A DNA stretch of 64,000 nucleotides, from assembly GCA_015680685.1 (NCBI GenBank), contig MNCI01001921.1:273549-337548 (forward strand), written 5' to 3'. This document shows, piece by piece, positions 49,905-63,739 of this stretch. This stretch comes from Gnetum montanum (Eukaryota; Plantae; Gnetophyta). The notes under the pieces are model-generated. The model was given only the letters and a program-made list of their open reading frames with translations. It made no database searches and was not told the DNA's origin. The stretch's first letter is position 1, and every line of letters starts with the position of its first letter. A program made the position numbers and the translations under genes.

Positions 49905-51080
49905 CATTCTCACTAGTTTTATTTTTGAGCAAATATGTTCTCAGCGTTAACTAAAATAAAACCAAAGAAAATAAGAGCTTTGCTTTTAAAAAAAATTTGA
50001 AAAAATTAAAGCTTTACTTTTAGTAACTTTAGCAAATATTACATAAAACAACTACTAAATGTAATATGGAATCTTCTACCCATAAAAATTACCATTAAAA
50101 TAAATAAAAAAACATTGTCAAAGTCTAGAATCCGTGATTACCTTAAATCTTAGCAGATGCTCCAAGTAGAATTTGCTTTGACACATACATTACAAGTCTA
50201 TAATGATGATTACTATGTGCCAGCCTTGTAGGTGCTTAGCTCACAATAGAATTCTGAAATGATACATGGCTTTGTAACATGTTGTAATGAAAAAAGACAT
50301 CTTCAATAACTCATATCTATATGCCACTTCATAATAAATGACTCTAGGATCCTTGACATTGTATTCACCTCAACTAAACCACATTCAAGGAAATGGGGTC
50401 ACTTTTCTAATGCATATCCATTGCTGGCTCATTGCAATTTGTGTGCCTCCCCTTCTAAAACTACTACTTGCACTTTTTTGGTTTTTTATTGCACTATTCT
50501 AGGAAATGTTTGAAGTTTTGAAAACATTTAAAAAATGCATTCAAATTCCAGCAATAACCATGGGAGAAATTTTCTTACCAAACAGGACATTAATGCATCC
50601 TTTTAGAACTTAGCAAATTAACAACCTGACACACATGACACCTATGTGTCTAGTTTTCTAGTTTTCAATGATGCCATACCATGTTAATAAAACTAACTTT
50701 TGAGGATCAATAAAATTTCCTTTGTCAATTTAAATTTTTTTCAATAATAGAATTGCAAATCTCATGTACAATTTTGTAGAGAGATAATCAAATTCAAAAG
50801 AAACTAAGTGATTTAGAAGATACTAGTTATGCTCAAATCTTTTTATCACAAATGTCAACATTCATGCAAGTAGAGCATTAAATAGTTTGTGCATAAGATA
50901 TATTTTATATAGTCATATATCCTTTTTTCTTCTATCCACAACAATTTTAGATTTTTATATGTAACAAATAGTTTAGATCTCATCCATAGCAGATGCTTAG
51001 AATAAATAGCAAAGTGAAAAATGACTGGTATCCTTCAACATTATGCAAAGAGAAGAGAGGCCACATCATCTTGATTAGAT
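49905..51080 (-). pseudogene. Inositol transporter pseudogene copy B, upstream exons
   Basis: Acceptor TTTTAG|LTLRTYLLKNKTSEN (49950-49905) continues into 33159 across the TSD; intron 49951-50141; exon ending at 50142 with RYELLKMSFF and *TCNVCVKANSTWSIC (resembles WxCxxCLKAxxCGFC); weaker IPVIFHF..LLWMRSK at about 50980-51045. Confidence 0.7.
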
Positions 51081-52376
51081 TTATGAAAAAAATTTTAAAC
51101 TAGAGCTAAAAAAATCCTTAATTTCAATTCTTCCATACTTTGCTATGACTTGAAAAAAATATAACCATGTTAGTTTTAATCATGAAATCTAATATGGAAT
51201 GAAACACATTAGAATCATAAGCAAAATGTGCATATAGCAAATTTTCACTTATTTTATGCAATCTGAATTTGCATATTTTATTTTTGAAATTTTGATCATG
51301 TTTTTTATCTCAAGAGAGATTTTCAAATAGGCATTAAGATTTTGTATGTGCCCTTAAGGTATTTTTTAAGCTATCCATGGATTTGTGCAAAGATGCTAAA
51401 GAAAATCACATTAAGATAAAGGTTGAAGAAAGTGAGTTCACTTGCTATTATTTTTTTAATAGCTTAATATCATCTCTATGTTACCTCTCATTTTCTATGG
51501 CACGTAAAAATTAAGGTTTTATTTTTTCTTCTTAAATCTATTATGGGTAATTTCTTATTTTTAATTTTGATCTCTTCCAAACTACTATTATGGTAGTTAA
51601 AATTTATCAAGGCTAATGTTCTAAAGGCGCATGTACAAAAGAAATTTCTTGAGATTCTAAAATGACTATCTTGTTTCTAGTTCTATGAGATTGGAATATT
51701 TTGCATGCTTCATTTAATTTATAGTGCCACCATAATTCTAGCTAGAAGCATTATGTCTATTCATCATGGACATTACATCTATAGAGTAGAAAATTATGTA
51801 ATTGTGAGTAGGAAAGAAGAGATTGATTTGCATTAAGCTAGAATTGCACTTACATTGTTAAAATACAAAACATGATAGAAAACTCTTTAGGAGCTACTTG
51901 TAGTTATTTGGTATATTACACTATATTTTTATATGATTTTCATTTTTCAACAACATTTGCTCACACTTTTCTTTCTTTTGTTTAGACACAGAAATAGATA
52001 ACGTTTTTACTTATGAAAGTTAGATTTCAAATTACTTTAGAATTTGTTTGGTATCTTAGACAATAGTATTTATTAAAAAAATTTATACCATTATCAATCA
52101 TTTTAGGTTAATTTTTTTTAAACATGTAACAGAAACATATTTTGCAATATTTTCTAAATCCTTTGTTAACTAATAAATTCGGATTTTAATTTGTAACTAA
52201 GGCCTTATCATATATATATTCTACCTATTTTGGAGTTCATGAGTTTAGTTGATAATAGTTGACACAAAATTTGTTGTGCCACTGAGCAATTTTGTTTTAC
52301 TACTTTGAAGATTTAGTTGTTTGAAGTTTGAAAAGCTTCTTTTAAATTTCTTTCTATTAGTAGAATAACTACAACA

Positions 52377-52860
52377 TGAGAATTGAGAACTTAGGAGGGG
52401 AGGTTGAATAAGTTCCCCAATAAAAATTAATCAGCTATAAAAACCAAACCCAAATTTTATGTGGTTTCCCAACTTGGGTAGTCCACACTTAGAGAGTAGA
52501 TTCCTTGCACACCATCAAACTTTGTTTCTTCCAAAAGGTCATTTAGAGGACACAAAAACCTTTACAAGGTTTAAGCTCTACTAAGAAGAGTTCCATCACT
52601 ATGAAAAATCTCAACCTTGTAAGGTCCCAACAATCTCAAGAGTGGGTTAAGGATCCCAAAATGTATACAAACTAAAGCTCCTCTCTAGAGTGTTTTGACA
52701 CTACAAAACAACTTAATCTTGCAAGATCCTGAAAAGCTTTAAAAGATTCCTTCTCACAAGAATCACAACTCTTAGTGTAGCAAGAAAAAGAATCAGAAGG
52801 AGAAAGTGTAACTCATGAGAATATGTCAAGAAAATAGAAAAAGTAATAAGAAAGTGAAAA
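52377..52860 (-). mobile_element. Truncated LTR related to the SIRE-type LTRs at 14376, 19230 and 61366
   Basis: TGAG..GAACTTAG..GGGGAGG.TGAATAAGTTCCCCAA..CCAACTTGGGTAGTCCACACTT, plus the internal AGAGTGTT..TCAACCTTG repeat. Confidence 0.8.
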
Positions 52861-52987
52861 ATTCAAAAAGTACCTATGTGTCTTGATGGACACCACCATG
52901 ACTAGGATTGGAATTAGTTAAGTAGAAAATTGAACAAGTAGAGGACATTTGAATAGACTTGGAAAAATACTTAGTGAAGTTGGAATA

Positions 52988-53715
52988 TTAATGGTAATGT
53001 TTGAGCTATTGGATGTTTACTAGGGTAAGCTTATGTGGGCTAGATGGATGGTGAATATGCATGACACCAGATGGGTAAGTCTCCTAAATGATATATGGCC
53101 CCTCCCAAAGTGTTTGAAATTTAGCCTTTTGCTGAACATGATTCATATTATAATAGAGGATCTTATTTCTTGGCTATGCAAACACTTTTCTTATTTGTGC
53201 ATCATGCTAACGCTTGGTGTAATTCTTGTGGAGCTCATTACTCATAAGTGCTACTAGCCTATTCCTTCTAACATATTAAGATTCATTAGGCACACTCTCT
53301 AGGTTGAGCTCAAGTTCAGGTCAAGTTGGTTTGCAATGGCTAGAGTTTGAAGTTATACCTAGATTGGTAGCATGGGTAATCTCTTGTAAACTAGCTCACA
53401 AGGTGAATAACCAATAGGTAGTTTCCACATCATGCTATAAGCGCATAGAGCATCATTTAGTTTGGTGCTCCAATCCTTTCTAAATCTACTAACCTTCCAA
53501 ATTAATATTCTAGTAACTTCATAGTTAGTAACTTCTACTTGATCATTGGCTTAGGGATGGTATGGTGTGGTCAACTTATGGTTCAACCCAAGCTGTTGCA
53601 TGAGCTATTTAAAAGTAGCATTGGTTAAATGAGTTTCATTATCTAAAATAAGCATTCTTAGTACTCAAAATTAATTCACCACATCTTGTTGAAAGAACTT
53701 GGCAACTATGTTGGA
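52988..53715 (-). pseudogene. Athila-type gypsy integrase fragment
   Basis: LILDNETHL..HKLTTPYHP*ANDQVEVTN..RKDWSTKLNDALCAY..PIGYSPCELVY..KFQTLWEGPYII..VNIQ*LKHY. Confidence 0.88.
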
Positions 53716-53719
53716 GAAT

Positions 53720-56700
53720 GTTACTACCTTTGCCCACTTGATTTAATAATCCACAATTACTATTATGTATTCTTTCCCATTTATGGAAGCTTCATAAGAA
53801 GACTTATCTTCTAGCTCATGGTGATGATGTCTCAAAGAAAGTTAATAGGGGAACTGATAATTTTGTACCTAATGCTCATACTATGATTGCTTTGGTCTTC
53901 AACTTGGACAAAGCTATTTGTATGATGATTATGCACCTTCAATCAGCTAAATAAATCTCAAAGCATCTTTAAGCAATTTATGAAGGAGATAATAATGTGA
54001 AAAAGTCTATGTTGCTAAAGTTAAAAGCATGTTTTAATGCTTTAAAGATGGAAAAAAATAAGAATATTAGTATTTTTTATAGCTAGGTAGATGAAGTTAT
54101 GAGTAAGATGATAATGCTTCATGAAGAATAGTCTAATGACATTATCTGCCAAAAAATGTTATCTATTTTTTCCAATAGATTTGAGGTAAAGGTTTCTTCA
54201 TAGAAGTGGCAAAAAATCTTTCCCAATGAGCACTATTGGGCTTTACAATATTCTTTTAGCCTTTAAAATTTGGAAAGGTGGAGTGAACTTTACAAGCAAC
54301 ATGGAGCAAATCACCTTCAAAGTTGAAGCAAAAAAGAATAAAGACAAGAGAGAACCATCCATCTTAGAATCTAATTCTATTAACGAAATTGTTAATCTTG
54401 CCATAAAGCTCAGGAGGCTAAAAAGAATGAAGGCTAGTAAAAAATTAACAAAATCATTTTCTTGTTATTATTGTGGTGAAGGAGGTCATATGGTTATTGA
54501 GTGTCCAAAGGAAAAGAAAGAAGAAGAATATTAGAAAATTTAGATGACCAATTTTAAGCCAAAGAGTACTCAATCTAGGTTTGAAAAATCAAAAGCTAAA
54601 TTAGCTTGAAATATAATTTCAACTAGAACATATAGAAAATAAACTAAGAATTAAGAATTTTGAAGAAATTTTTTTTGCGCATTTTGCTCATATTGATATT
54701 ATAATAGATGAGTCTAATATTGTTACACAAGATTTATTTTCATTTCTAACCATGATTAATAATTATGATTTAGATGATGATTTTTAAAACTTTTTATATA
54801 CTAATACTAATGAACAAGAAACTCCTAGCACATCTAAAACTATAGATTCTATTTTAGATGAAAATGGAATGAACGCATCAAACATAGCTAAAATTGAATA
54901 TGAAGAAGTTGATGTCATTGATATAGAAGGGCTAATGGATTAATTAGAGATGGTTGTTAAGGTAAATGAAAAGTTGAATAAATTTTTAAAAGATAAGGTG
55001 AAAGAAATTAAAAGTTACAAGACAAAACTTGAATCAGTTGAATAAGAAAATTTGAAGCTAAAAGAGAAAGAGCTACTACTAAATAAATGCATGAAAGGTA
55101 AGACTACTCAAGCCATATTAGATTTTTTTAAAAGGCTTACTCATAGCTTGAAATAGCTCAAGGATATCATTAACAATGGATGACCAAGTGGTGACAAGAG
55201 GGGTCTTGGTTATGTGTTTGGTCCCTCAAGAAAGCTACCTTTAACAAAAATAAGGATGCACAAGATGAATGTTCAAACATAGTGATAAGATGCCAGCTTA
55301 TACATAGGTAAGGAAATTCCTTCCACATCAAGAATTCAAATCATTAGGTATGGTCCAAAACTAGCAATCAATTTCTTCCATGGATATTATTTGAAGTATG
55401 TAATTTTAGATCATAAAGTAAGAAAATGTAGGACAAATGATGTTTCTTGTTATGAATGTATACATCATTTCCATGCTACTAAGCTCTTTCCAAGAAACAT
55501 TAAAATAGGGCAACAAGTTTGAAAATTAATCAACATGAGAGATTTTCCTATATAATTAGCCTTAAAGGGCTCTTGCAGCCTAGAGACATGATTTCTTAAT
55601 AGTGGTTATTCTCAACATATGATTGGTGATAAATTAAAATTTATAACACTTCAATCCTTCAATGAAGGCAAGGTAAGCTTCAGTGACAATGGTAAAGCCA
55701 TGGTAAGAGGTATAGGTTTAGTTAAAATTCATAATTATTTTTTTCAAGTTCATAATGTTTATTTTGTTGATGTTTTGCAATATAATTTGCTGAGCTTAGG
55801 AAGGTTTTCAATAACATTTGTTTTATGAATGAAAAATGTCAATTAGAAAATAAAGAAAATAATTTTAAAGCTTACATTACACGAGCTAGAAATAAATTGT
55901 ATTTTGTAAATAAGCAGATATAATGTCTAACTCTTATTTTTGAGATAAGTATTAGTAGGTTATGGCATTAGAGACTAGGACATTTAAGCTCAAGAAACAT
56001 CCAAGCTCTCATCAAGGCTCAAACCATAAGAGGCATTCCCTAGGTAAGTTAGATAGAAGAGATATGTTCTACATGCCAACATAATAAGAAAAATAGAGCT
56101 ACTTTTAAATCTATAAATTCTCGCTCTAATAATAAGCTTGAATTAATATATATGAATCTCTGTGAACCTTTGGACATAGTTGGCTTTGAAAACAACAAAT
56201 ATTTTTTTCTTATCATGGATTATTATATTAGAATGTCATGGCTAACACACATTGAGAAAAAATTTGATGTGTTCAAACTTTTCAATGCATTTAAATGTAT
56301 GGTTGAAACTGAAATGAGACTTAAAATCAAAGCTATTAGGACTGACAATGGAGGTGAGTTCATCTCATATGAATTTTACTAGTATTGAAGAGGTTCATAT
56401 CAAGAGGTAGTTCTCATCAGCCAGAGCACCATTTGTAGGAAAAAAAATAAAACTATAGTTGAAATGATTTGATCAATAATGAATTTGAAGAATGTACCAA
56501 AGTATCTATAGAATAAGGTAGCCAGAACATCAGTGTATATCATCAATAGATGTTTGGTAAGAGCTCATAATGGTAAGACATTTTATCAAATGTGATATGA
56601 TGATATGGCTAATGTTCAATATTTCAAAATTTTTGGGAGTAAGTGTTATATTAAGAATTAGGATGACATTAATAGGCTTGATAGCTATTGTTAGGATGGT

Positions 56701-59700
56701 TTGTTTGTTGGATATTTTAGTCGTTCAAAATCTTGTCATTATTTAAATTTGAAAACATTAAAAATTGTTAAAACACCTCATGTTAAGATTAATAAATTAT
56801 TTAAAAAGACTAATATTGTGGCTGAGAAATGTATGAATGTAGATGAAGAAGAGAATGATGATGGTATTTTGACATTAGAAGAAGTAGATGAGATTGAAAA
56901 AGAGTAGCAAACCTTAGCTAATGAGGAAGAAATAGAGTAAGAGACTATACCTAATGATGGCCCAAGGAGAATGCAAAGGTTCAGATCCATAGTAGATATC
57001 CTCAGCTCATCTCTTAGGTAAAGGATAAGGAGGAACATGACTAAAACAATGGATCATGGCTTATTAGTATCTTGTCTTGTTCTTTCCATTCCTCTAATTG
57101 TCAGGGGAGCTCTTGCTCGTGAGGATTGGAAGAGTGCCATGGATAAAGAGATGAAGTAGATTGTTAAGAGTAATACTTGGGAGCTAGTGCCATATCCAAA
57201 AGGAGCTGACATCATTAGAATCAAGTGGGTTTTTGCAAATAAATTGAATGAGCATGGCTAAGTAACTCAAAATAAGGGAAGACTAGTAGTAAAGGCTTTG
57301 CTTAAGTTAAGGAACTTGATTTTCAAGATACATTTTCTTTAGTTATAAGACAGGAATTAATTAGAATGCTTTTAGATTTTGCAGCTTATTAAAGATTTGA
57401 GCTCTACCAAATGGATGTAAAATCATTGTTTTTGAATGAAGAAATAAGAGAGACAATATATATTGAATAGACAGAAGGATATATTGATGTTGAGAAACCA
57501 AATCATGTATATCAATTGCACATGATCTTATATAGTTTAAAACAAGCCCCTATAATGTGGTATGCTAAGTCTAATTCATATGTAGTTGAAAATGGCTATT
57601 TTAAAGCTCCTCTAGATAGTACTCTTTATATTAAAAAGGATAATATAGGATGTTAAGTTGCTCAGATTTATGTTGATGACATAATGTTTGTATGTACAAG
57701 CTCAAGATTGAGCAAGGAATTTATTAAAACCATGAAAACTAACTTTGAGATGTCTATGCTAGAAGAGCTATCTCATTTTCTTGGCCTACATATTCAACAA
57801 TGTAGGGATGGGACTTTTATTTCTTAAATAAAGTATATTTAATAGATGCTCAAGAATTTTGGCATGATAGAACCTCGAACTTGTGTGACTCTTCTCAGCA
57901 CAGGTGTACATCTCTACAAAGATGAAGATAAGAAGAATGTTGATGCTTCACTATATATATTCATTATGGAAAGCTTGCAGTGTGCAATAGCCAGCAAGCT
58001 TGATACAGCTTTTGTAGTGGATCTTATTTCTAGATATCAATCAAAGCTAAAAGAATCACACTTTCTTAAAACCAAAAGAATTTTACATCATTTTAAAGGC
58101 ACAACTAGTCATGGGTTATGATTCCCATGCAATAGAGATTTTGAATTACAAGCATTTATAATGTAGATTGGATTGGAAATAAAGATTATTCAAATCTACT
58201 AGTGGAAACTATCATTTTCTTAGTGATATGTTAGTATCATGGCTAAGTAAGAAGTAGAACTCTATTGCATTATCATCGAAAAAATTTGAATATGTTATAG
58301 CCTCACATTACTACACACAAATTCTTTAGATGAGGGAAGTATTAAAACTTTTTAATATAGAATTTTTTGATCTAGCAATTATATATTGTGATAATAATGC
58401 AACTATTTCTATTTCTCAAAATCTAGTTTTTCATGGCAAAACTAAACATATTGAGATTAAATACCATTTTCTTCATGACCAAGTAGAACTACAAATAATA
58501 AAATTATCATATATGTCATCCAAAAATAGAGAGCACATGTTTTTCCAAATGGTTTGAATAAAGAGAGATTTATTTACTTAAGAACATTATTGAGTGTGCC
58601 AATTTTACCAAAATAGGCTTAAATATCTTCTTTTATATGCTATTTGTTTAGGAATTTTATATGAGATATCCAATTATATTGTAGGGGAAGTATGTTCTTT
58701 TAAAGCTTGTATTTCTATCTTTATGCTTTCTTTTTGCTTATAGCTATATCTTTTGTGTATATTTAGAGATTGATTTACTTAATGTAAGGGGAGCTATCTT
58801 TCATCTTTTTGTATAAAAAAGGAGTATATGCTATTGTTTTATGATGGTTTTATCGAAAACATTTTTATGGTTTTGTTAGAAAAACGGTTCATCTAAAGTG
58901 TTTTATTCTCTACATTTTGTATGCTTGTAACATTTTTTTAACTATTTTTGTGTTATTCTCATCTATTTCTATTGATATGAGTTGTAGTGTACTCATTGCA
59001 TGACTAAGGTATGGGTGTGGCCATGATGATGAGCTCTCTTTGTTGTTATGAGCTGGATTTTTGTATTCTTATGTTATACTATAGCCTTTAGTAAACTAAC
59101 TTTTTACCTGGCATGACTATCTATCTACCTCCTTGCTTGTTTAAAATGTTTTGACTAAAGACTTAATTTTTAAAGTATATTATGAGCTTGTCATCTCTTG
59201 TTACGCATTGTGTTATTTTCCCTTATTTCCCTTTCTATAGTTGCTATTAGTTTTTTTGTTACTTGAACTGTGTTAATCTGTGCGATGATTTTTAGCATGA
59301 AGCTACTTGGATACTTTTTGTTTTCCCTAGCCATTTTTATTTACTTGACTCTATATTCTTCTTCTTTATTCTCTTTCATTTTAATTTACATTATGAATTC
59401 ACTCAATCTCAAAAAGAAAGAGATTACTGGATGTTTTAAGCTTAATTATAGGTTTGGTTATGTAGATTAAGTTTTGTTTTTCCAAAGTTCAATTGTAGTT
59501 TAGTTTTAATGCCCATGTCATTACCACTTTCAATAAAATGTTGTTTCCATTTTCAAGGTTGTTTCTACTCTAGCATGCATTATCTACTAATGCTTTTTAT
59601 GAGTTAGTTAATGCATGAAGGTGGCAACTATATCCAGTAATACATTTTTATGGGTTAGTTAATGCATCAAGATGGTCTGCATATTGGGTAACGGATTTTT

Positions 59701-61259
59701 TATGCATTGTAATTGGGTCTCTTATGGTAACCGATTCCATGGCCTATAAATTCATTCTTAATGGAAGATCAATGGCACCACAAATCATAGCAAAATTGCA
59801 GTTTTGGTCTCTTTTACAGATGCTTAGAGCTTGTATACACTATCATTGTAGAGCACCTGTGTGAAAGAAGAATCTGAATGCCAAGTTTAATTAGATTCAT
59901 CAATGGCTGGAGGTCAGTTCCATTTGCTTCGACATTATGCATTTTCTGTTATTTATGAATGTGAATTTCTTGTGCCATTAGCTTCTGCATTGTACATTTT
60001 CAATTATCTATGCATGTAAATTTCTTGTGCAATCCCCAAATTTTGTCTTACATCTACTTGATGAATGATGTTATTACCATGTTCTTCTTGAAGCATTATT
60101 TTCATTTTCAATGTGAAACGTAGATGCCATTTTCACTGCATAACAAACTTTGTAAGTTTCACACAAATTCGACACACTAATACCAATGCATACTTTGTAA
60201 GTTTCACACACATTCGACACACTAATACCATTTTCAATGAGTAACATCTTCTTTTTGGTAAGTCATTTCTACTAGAACATCATTTCCATATTTAATGCAC
60301 AATGTCATTTTCACTTTTCTACTTTTCACATTTCTACTTGTAATGTGAAACATCGTTTCACTTTTAACCTGCAATGTATTTTCCATATTTCCAAGTCTTC
60401 AAAACATCTTTTCAATGTTTTTATGGTTGACATCCAACATTATTTCTATGTTTTCACATTTAACGTGCAAGATTGTTTTCACGTGCAACCTAGTTTCTAT
60501 ATTTTCATACAAACATATTTTCCTTGTTTCTACTTCCACATGTACAATATGGTTTCCACTCTTAACATGCAATGTTGTTTCTAGATGTGCAAAGTTATTT
60601 CCACTTGTAAGTGGCTTTAGCTTTTAACTTTTAACATGGCATGGTTTGTCATAAGAAGGCAAAGAAAAATCAGCATTGTCTGTGGTTCAAGAAAAATAAC
60701 AGGTGCGCTGAATAAAATAGAATGACAGATTTCCTCTACCAAGCTTTCAATACTTACCAGTAGCAAATTTTCAGTCTTCTCCAACATTCCTCAAATGGAT
60801 TGTCAATGGCTACATCGCTACATCTTCCTTCCTCTAATGTGTCTGTAACGGCTTTAAAAATTTTGCTACAAATTGTAGTTTGAATGTTCAGCTCATTGTT
60901 CTGATTTTTCCCTTTTATGTGCGTGAATTTCTTCCTATGTTCTCTTCCTTTTCTCTCTTTAAAACTCTACAATTATTGAGCTTTGGTGTTTAGAAAAGGA
61001 GAAGTATTTATCTCTCCCTATGCTGAGAAATCCAAACTGTTTCTCATTGTGTTGTGAAATTGCCGTAAGCCATAGTGCTCAGTGTGGACTGTAAGAGAAG
61101 CTCCCGAATCTAGGCCGGATAATGTAACAGGTAAAGCACTTTAAAAAGCTTAAGGCCTGATTCACCCCCTCCCTTTGAGCGCCTTCTACCTAGTCGTAGA
61201 AACAGAAAAATTTTAAACTCCATAGATTTAAACAATCCTTGCATCCTCATTTTCCAATA
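53720..61259 (+). mobile_element. 5'-truncated SIRE/Maximus-type copia: decayed gag-pol (about 53720-58615) and 3' LTR (59425-61259)
   Basis: gag IYEGDNNVKKS.., CYYCGEGGHMVIEC, DKRGLGY; protease *FLNSGYSQHMIGD; LWH*RLGH; IRTDNGGEF; RT YQMDVK, LKQAP, IYVDDI; RNase H IYCDN..HGKTKHIEIKYHF; several PPTs; CAAAAAGAAAGAGAT before decayed termini TACTGG..CCAATA; ATTCACCCCCTC at about 61160. Confidence 0.92.
60147..60230. repeat. 45-bp-period near-perfect tandem duplication in the LTR
   Basis: ACTTTGTAAGTTTCACACA.ATTCGACACACTAATACCA at 60147 and 60192. Confidence 0.92.
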
Positions 61260-62289
61260 GGTAAAGTCAAATCTCTCAAATGTGGATGGCTTTCTATAAG
61301 ATGTCCCCTCTATTGTTCACTCTTGAAGTTCATGAAAAAGAAGAGTACAAGGATCTAATACCATTTATGGATTGTTGAACTTAGAAAGGGGGATGAATAA
61401 GATCCCCAAATTAAAATTTATTTAGATAAAGTGCACACACTAAATTTAACATGGTTCCCAAACTTGGATAGTCCACACTTAGAGGGTAGTTCACAAGCAC
61501 ACCTTTAGACTTTGTTACTCTAAAATGTGATTTGAAGGATACCACACCTTGTACAAGCTCTAAGCTACACTCTAGAGAGATTCAATGCTATGAATCCACT
61601 CAATTCTACAAGGTCATGAGAAGCTTAGAATGTGGTTTCCAAAATTCCACAACCTTTACAATCTTGAGCTTTACTCCAGAGTGTTGTGATGCTACTCCAA
61701 CACTCCATCCCTTCTTATAGTCACTATGTTTCCAAATTCATCTTGGAACTCATGCAATAGCTAGTTCATGGTCATGGAAGATTTCTTCTTCATGGCTAAG
61801 ATGTCTTTCTACATCTAGCCTCTATTCTAGGAAGATGTTTTTATTTGGTGAAAGACATCTTTCCATAACTAGCCTTCATTCTAGGAAGATGTCTTTCTCT
61901 AGTGAAAGACATCTATTATTTTGTAGAGACATCTTTGCTTGTGCTACCTTCAATTCTTCCAAGAAATCTACTATTTCTTGGAGATGTCTTTCTTTGCTTC
62001 CTTTGCATTTTTATTTCTTCATTCCTTATCCACAATCTTGAACTAACGCATGCTCCTAATATGTGAACATTGGTTGTAATTTGTTTGATCTTTGTTCACA
62101 TTCTTTGAATTCTTGCATGTTCACTTAAGACCCTATGGATGACCTTTTCCTTTGAGCTTACCAATTCATTCCTATCATCTCATCTTGGTTTCCCATGTAC
62201 TTTGTCCTACAAACACAATAATCACACAACCATACAAACATGCTTCTACTCCATTTTCCTTAATGTTTTGACATATCAAAAGATCAATA
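61260..62289 (-). mobile_element. 5' LTR (61366-62289), Met PBS and short leader of the same SIRE-type family as 14376-20467
   Basis: TCTAATACCA PBS at 61354-61363. The LTR aligns to 19230-20467 with an internal deletion near 61710 and ends TGTTTTGACATATCAAAAGATCAATA. Confidence 0.88.
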
Positions 62290-63739
62290 GGAATAGTCAC
62301 TCTCCCTCACATCTCTAAACTCCTCATCCCTTCAACTTGTATAGTTTCCCCGTCATTGGCAAAAGTAAAAATGAGAGCAAACATCCCCTCTATTTATAGG
62401 ATGGAAAAGATCCTAGGGATTGGGTAAATACTTGTGCACAAAATTTTACATAATAAGGAAAGAGTAGATAACTCATTCCTTAAAACTTCTTTTTTTACTC
62501 ATGAAATCATTGCTACTTGACTTGGACAAGTAAGCTCTCATCAGATAGTGGAATTGTGAGAGTGTCAACATGGCCCTTATTAAATGAGTCACTTGTCCCT
62601 TTTTCAGTCATTAATATGTATTGAAGAATTTTCATATAAGTAAAATAATGTCATCATAAGCATGTAATAGAGCATACACAACCATTATACATTGACTTTT
62701 CTAATGGCCCTACATTTTTGTATTTTTTAGTCATTTTTTAATTTATAATCTATGAGGGTTTCTAATTTATTTTGTTCTTTTAACTATTTTCCACATTTTA
62801 GCTCCACCAATGCTAGTCCCAAGATTGGTTATAAAAGGAGGGTTAACATTAAGTTGATAGGTGATTGTAAAATATTTCCAAATCTCATGGATGAGTTCCT
62901 TTTTAGATTTTGTAGATGCTAGGGCATTTTCCAAATGCAATGCATAGTAGAAGCTAGTTACTAATGAAAAAGAACTCATGTACTTGACCCCATTTTGTTG
63001 GGACAAGGCTAGGATGATAATGATATAGTTTCCACATTTCCTATAATATATCTAGAAAAACTCATTGATACTAAACTTTTTATCTATCCAACATTTTACA
63101 CATATTGAGCTGGTCATAACAAAAACAAATATGTCATAACTATTATGCTAGAAATTAATAGAGGAAAATATCGTCCCACTAGATACTTTTTAAATGTTTA
63201 ACATAAAAAGATCAAAATCCAAGGCTCAAATTAAAAAGCTAATTGTAGATCTATACTCTAGGTATAAAGTTGAGTTAGTCCACCATATTTGAGTGTCATC
63301 CAACAACTTTGAATTTTGACATATTTTATTAATTAAATATTCAATAATTTTAGAATTCTAAGTAAACATTAGAATAAACCATGGGTCCACATCACATTAA
63401 TTTCCTATTATTATTCTAAAATAATGATAAACTTTGTAATGCTTATTTATTACTAATATATATATATAACTTAAAATAATAAAAAATAGGCAAAAGTTAG
63501 AAATAAATAGTAATCTTGCTTATGTCAACCAGACAAAAGTCTTCATATTACTAAGAAGAATTAAGCACATCTACAATTATATAAGCTTTAAAACAAATTA
63601 AATTCTAAATATTTAAAAGAGTACAAAGTTCACATGTACAAATGTGGGGAACTACATTATTTGGCTAGGAAGTAGTAAGAATAGAACATTGTAACATGAA
63701 TATTGATTTTAATTAACTTGAAAACAATGAGAAGTAAAT

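Noticed and set aside
50490-50595. IAGI*MH as INT TM7, or a Tourist-like MITE ending CCAAACAGGAC
   Set aside because: Two weak, conflicting readings; neither can be supported by eye.
52377-62289. LTRs at 52377 and 61366 as the two ends of one element
   Set aside because: The flanks CAACA and GGAAT are not a TSD, and the two LTRs look more diverged than the true pairs.
62767-63006. SQQNGV suggesting a copia integrase
   Set aside because: No supporting upstream or downstream integrase motifs could be read.
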